A DNA stretch of 64,000 nt from Psammoneis japonica. Its lineage: Eukaryota. How positions within the stretch are numbered: the first letter of the stretch is position 1; every line of letters begins with the position of its first letter. Shown one piece after another: positions 60,415 to 64,000 of the stretch. The stretch spans positions 124,001-188,000 of the forward strand of contig QPGO01000117.1 in NCBI GenBank assembly GCA_008632985.1, written 5' to 3'. The notes beneath the pieces are model-generated. The model ran no database searches and was not told the origin of the DNA. It saw only the letters and a list, made by a program, of their open reading frames with translations. The translations under genes and the position numbers were made by a program.

Positions 60415-62607
60415 ATGAGTTCACTTGCACCAATGGATGAATCGGCGTTGTGCTCGGTGACGACGTCCGAATCAGATTGGGTGGAGCATTTCAATCCAAC
60501 AGAGGACTTGAATTTTTGCGACGAGGATCTCCACTTGATTGAGGACAGCTTGATGGACAAGTGTGATGGAACCGAGCAGTCAAAGGACCGTCCAAAATGG
60601 AAAGTGGACAATGATGGGAAAGATGTTAAGATCACCTTTAGCCAAGCTCCCCAAAAGGTGTGGGAGACGGCCAAAGCCGAGATTCAGGGACATCGCGAGA
60701 GGGTGCAAAAACTTACAGGAAAAGAATTCAAATCGATTGATCCCACTGAGGACATTGCGTCACTGTTTGTGGGCAGTGCACGTCCTCTCATGCAACTTCT
60801 GGAGTCAGAGTTGTCGCTCAAGTTTCAAGAAGCTTCTCAATTTCTTGCTGCCTGCTGCAAGCAAAAGGCATGTCGGTTGTCAGTTGAAGAGTTGTGCGAT
60901 GATGACGACACAAATTGTGCTGGGCCAATGACTGAAGAGAAGTGCAAAATGGTGTGGAAGTTGATGGGCCGTTCAGGCAATGCGTCATCGTCAACGGCTC
61001 GTAAGAAAAAGCCACTTTTCTTCCACCACTCAAAGGTGAGGCGGCGGAGCTCTGTAGATTGGGACATGAGATGGAAGAACAGTGCGGAAAAGATTTTCTT
61101 GGTGTTGCAAGTGGCGAAGGAGTGCGACTCGAAAACGGATCCGTGTTTGTTGCAAACAATCTCTTCAGAGCCGGCCTGCTACAGAAGCAAAATCGCCCTT
61201 GTCAAAAGGACAGTCCAGACTTCCTCTGCACTGGAACAACAGACGACAAGCGAATCGTAGCGGTTGTCGAGATGAAGGCGCGTTGCAAATCTACCACCGC
61301 CGCCAAGGAGCGTCAGCGCATCTCCGAAGTTGGTGAATTTTCGTTTGCATCATGTGATTCGCCTGAGTTGCGCAAGTTCACACTTGAGCGTTCAGAGGCA
61401 GTTCAGGTGAGCTGATGCACGGAATAACTGTTTGACACTGTCGTTGTAACGGCAACTCACCTCAGTCTCCACGACTTCCTCGCTGCAGTGCGCTCATCAT
61501 GCAAGCACCCTTGGAGTCAACCACGTCATTCTTGCCACTGGAGACAGAGCAGGCCTTACAGCAATGGTGGTTATTGAGTGCTCCGACGAGTTCCTTGAAA
61601 ACTGCGAAAAGTGCATCAACGACATGTGCGAGTCGGCATTGAAGTGGGCGTACGAGGAGGGCGTCGACATTCCAACCGAAGAGCTCAAGGCTGCTGTGAA
61701 AACTGCACGAGCAAAGGTGGACTATGAGTCATTTATGAAATCGGTTTACTTTTGGAAAGAACTGACGAAGCCTCAGCACTCACCACTCCCACCGTGCGAG
61801 AGGATCATTCCCATGCAGGATGCGCACTGGAACAACACCAAGCATGGGTCGGACGTCAAAACCCAGCACTGCCAAAACCTGTCAGCCCCAATTCCTGTCA
61901 CATCTGCCGGAGCTAAGGCATGCGACCGCATGCAAATGACAGCACTGTCCGACATCCACAAAGGCGCTACCATGTTTATTGCCAAGGAAGATCTCAACCA
62001 GTGCAACTCCCTTCACGACTTCAGAGACGATGCAAAGCACAAGATGAGCTTCAGAAAAGCACTCCTTCGATTGTCTAAGTTTTTCAAGAAGCTGAGCCAG
62101 CAAAATCTCCAAAGTGGAATTGGCTCTCCTTCGTCTTTTACAGGGATCGTTGCACCATCACCAGCAACTCCAGCACAGCCGCCGAGGTGGATGCGCGGTG
62201 AAATTCAAAAGGAGCCAACCAATTTTGTGGCAAAAGGAACTGGAAAGTCTCCCAAGCGCTCTCACCTAGAAGCTCTGCTGAAACCAAAGGACAGTTCTGA
62301 AGAGGTCCCTTCCAAGCGATTCAAGAGTTGTCGGGGTGCACCTGTGTTCAGAGCAAATGAAAACAATGGAAGTGAGAAAGGGAGTGGAGCTTTGGCGCGA
62401 TGCATCATGTGCGACTCCAAGACACATTGGCATTGCTCTGGCTGTCGTCAATGGCATTGTTGCGATAGTCCCCGTCCGCAAAGCGCTGGAGTCCCACACT
62501 TTCAAGATTCATCAACGCACCGTGATGGGAAAAACAGGGATCGACCAATCGCCGGCGTGTGCACATGCTTTGTGCACTGTCACCCATCCATTGTGAACCA
62601 GGGATAG
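60415..62607 (+). mobile_element. Degenerate piggyBac-like transposase gene containing a YqaJ/lambda-exonuclease-like domain
   Basis: GLLQK..DSPDF..VVEMKAR..Q|intron 61407-61488|CAHHA; HWNNTKHGSDVKTQ (cf. piggyBac YNxxxxGVD); C-terminal CIMC..THWHCSGCRQWHC..CFVHCH resembling the piggyBac cysteine-rich domain. Frameshift or deletion near 61040. Confidence 0.6.
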
Positions 62608-62719
62608 CAACATGCATTTGCATTTAGTGAATGTATCATCTTTTTGACCACCGGCGTAATTGTGGTGCTTTGGAGTGTCATTTGTTTCAAGTGAATGTGC
62701 GAATGTGTGAAATTTGCGC

Positions 62720-63120
62720 TGACAGGATTTGAACAGGATTTGGGTGCGCGCGAAGTGTCGCGCGCTGTTCAGTTTGCCGCGCACAGTTTTGTGTGCTTTA
62801 GTTCCGTGCGTTCACGCGCGATGCAGTTTGCTTTCGAGCCACAAGGCTCACAAGGATGACAACAGTGGCCCGATTATACCGACTTGCACGTCTTTCGGCT
62901 CCTGCAACGGTCTCTGAGCGGAGACTCATCTGCTGTTTAGACAGCAGCAAGGAGTTGTTGTTTGAATTCTTGCCATTTGCCTTCAATTTCTGTCAGATTA
63001 ACAGTCTTGCTCATTGTCAACCCATTGAGCAACCGCCATCGTCGTCGTTGATTTACCGACGACGCTGTTTCAATTCTGCGTGGACCTCCGCATGCATTCT
63101 ACATACATCGGCAAGTCTAC
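62720..63120 (+). repeat. Longer copy of the TGACAGGATTTGAACAGGATT repeat
   Basis: Matches 59764-59991 and continues in register with 3190-3340. Confidence 0.85.
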
Positions 63121-63184
63121 GCGCGTTCAATGCCAGGCATCGGCAGGAATTTAACGTCACCGTCAAGTCTCCTTACCGCTGGAT

Positions 63185-64000
63185 GTCTGGATTGATTGTG
63201 CCACCTTTGATCGCTGAAGACATGCATCAACGGTCACATCCAAGTCTGTCCTTGATCCTCATCCCTTGACATGCCCATTCAACGGTTAACGGTCAAGCAC
63301 CCTGCACATTCAAGGACCTTCGTCGCTGAAGACATGCACACACACACATCTTCACGGCCAAGGACTTGAACCCACTCTTCGGACTGCGGTTTTGCTGCCA
63401 CTCTACAAGCACACCGAGTCCATTGTACCTGATCTACCCCGGACTGCTGGTGCTCCACAGTTCTGCCAGGTCCACGAGGACAACTGTGAGAGCAAGCAGC
63501 CGTGATTGCAGCCTGCGTTGGGGCGAGGGTGCTTTCCCGCATTTGTTCGTTCGTCCACAGCGCCTGACGCCTACGTCAACTGGCCAGCCTGATCGGGAAA
63601 TCCAACCGACATAAAATGAGAATGGTTTGGGGGTCTTGTTCACCTCTAGTCAGCTCACCTGCAGGGGTTTACAACCCACTGCTCTGCTCGCAAGCAACCC
63701 AAAGCGCCGCTGGCTGCGGGTTCAGACGTGCCGGCACAACTCTACGGACCGGATAGGAAGTTCAGCACTTGACAACGAACGGGATGGCACAGCCCGGCGA
63801 CTTCTGATTTTAAGGTGGTTCAAGATTTCAAGTCAAGTCTGTTTCAAGTCAAGTCTGTTCTCACCCAAGTTTCAAGTCTGCCTTCGCTCCCCATGGTTCT
63901 CACTCGTCAGCAACAAACCGATGGTTTCGAGCACGTTGTTGGAACCGTGCTTGCCCAAGGTGCTGGGAGCCCTCTTCGTTTGGCTTTGGCCCAAGACGGC
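63185..64000 (+). mobile_element. Probable 5' end of another Copia-like element (LTR/leader plus gag start at 63893)
   Basis: Leader with tandem tttcaagtcaagtctg; ORF MVLTRQQQTDGFEHVVGTVLAQGAGSPLRLALAQDG runs off the window and resembles diatom Copia gag starts. LTR limits are a guess. Confidence 0.5.

Noticed and set aside
2200..64000. Hundreds of overlapping Cys/His-rich ORFs in all six frames within the TpA-poor domains
   Set aside because: A by-product of TAA/TAG depletion and TG/CA excess; not metal-binding proteins or real overlapping genes.
1..64000. rRNA, tRNA or other structured RNA genes
   Set aside because: None recognised by eye; a covariance-model scan (tRNAscan-SE, Infernal/Rfam) would be needed to exclude them.

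Overview
Eukaryotic DNA, most likely a pennate diatom: short GT-AG introns, diatom-type Copia elements and an FTO homologue. Ordinary gene blocks (1-2.2, 4.9-13.0, 41-47.9 and 54.3-59.2 kb) alternate, with sharp boundaries, with repeat-rich domains (about 2.2-4.9, 13.1-40.6, 47.9-54.1 and 59.2-64 kb). In those domains TpA has been systematically converted to TpG or CpA, so Tyr codons become Cys/His and TAA/TAG stops are depleted. Paired repeat copies and TIR/TSD pairs show the direction of change. It runs opposite to fungal RIP and spares a recent 4-5 kb gene duplication; this is the main candidate for an undescribed system. Next to the largest domain lies an intact FTO-CCCH-NPPY methyltransferase-CCCH fusion (candidate adenine-methylation eraser and writer in one chain), followed by two further 2OG-Fe(II) oxygenases. 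The mutated domains hold a Roc-COR-TIR pseudogene head-to-head with an LRR pseudogene, a reconstructable ~1,110-codon gene split by a gene-capturing TIR element, a REase-kinase gene split by a MITE, a piggyBac-like ORF with a YqaJ-like nuclease, and Copia fragments. Other genes: Oxa1/Cox18-like insertase, a duplicated GH38 alpha-mannosidase plus hemolysin-III unit, and membrane proteins. All family calls come from reading motifs by eye; no searches were run.
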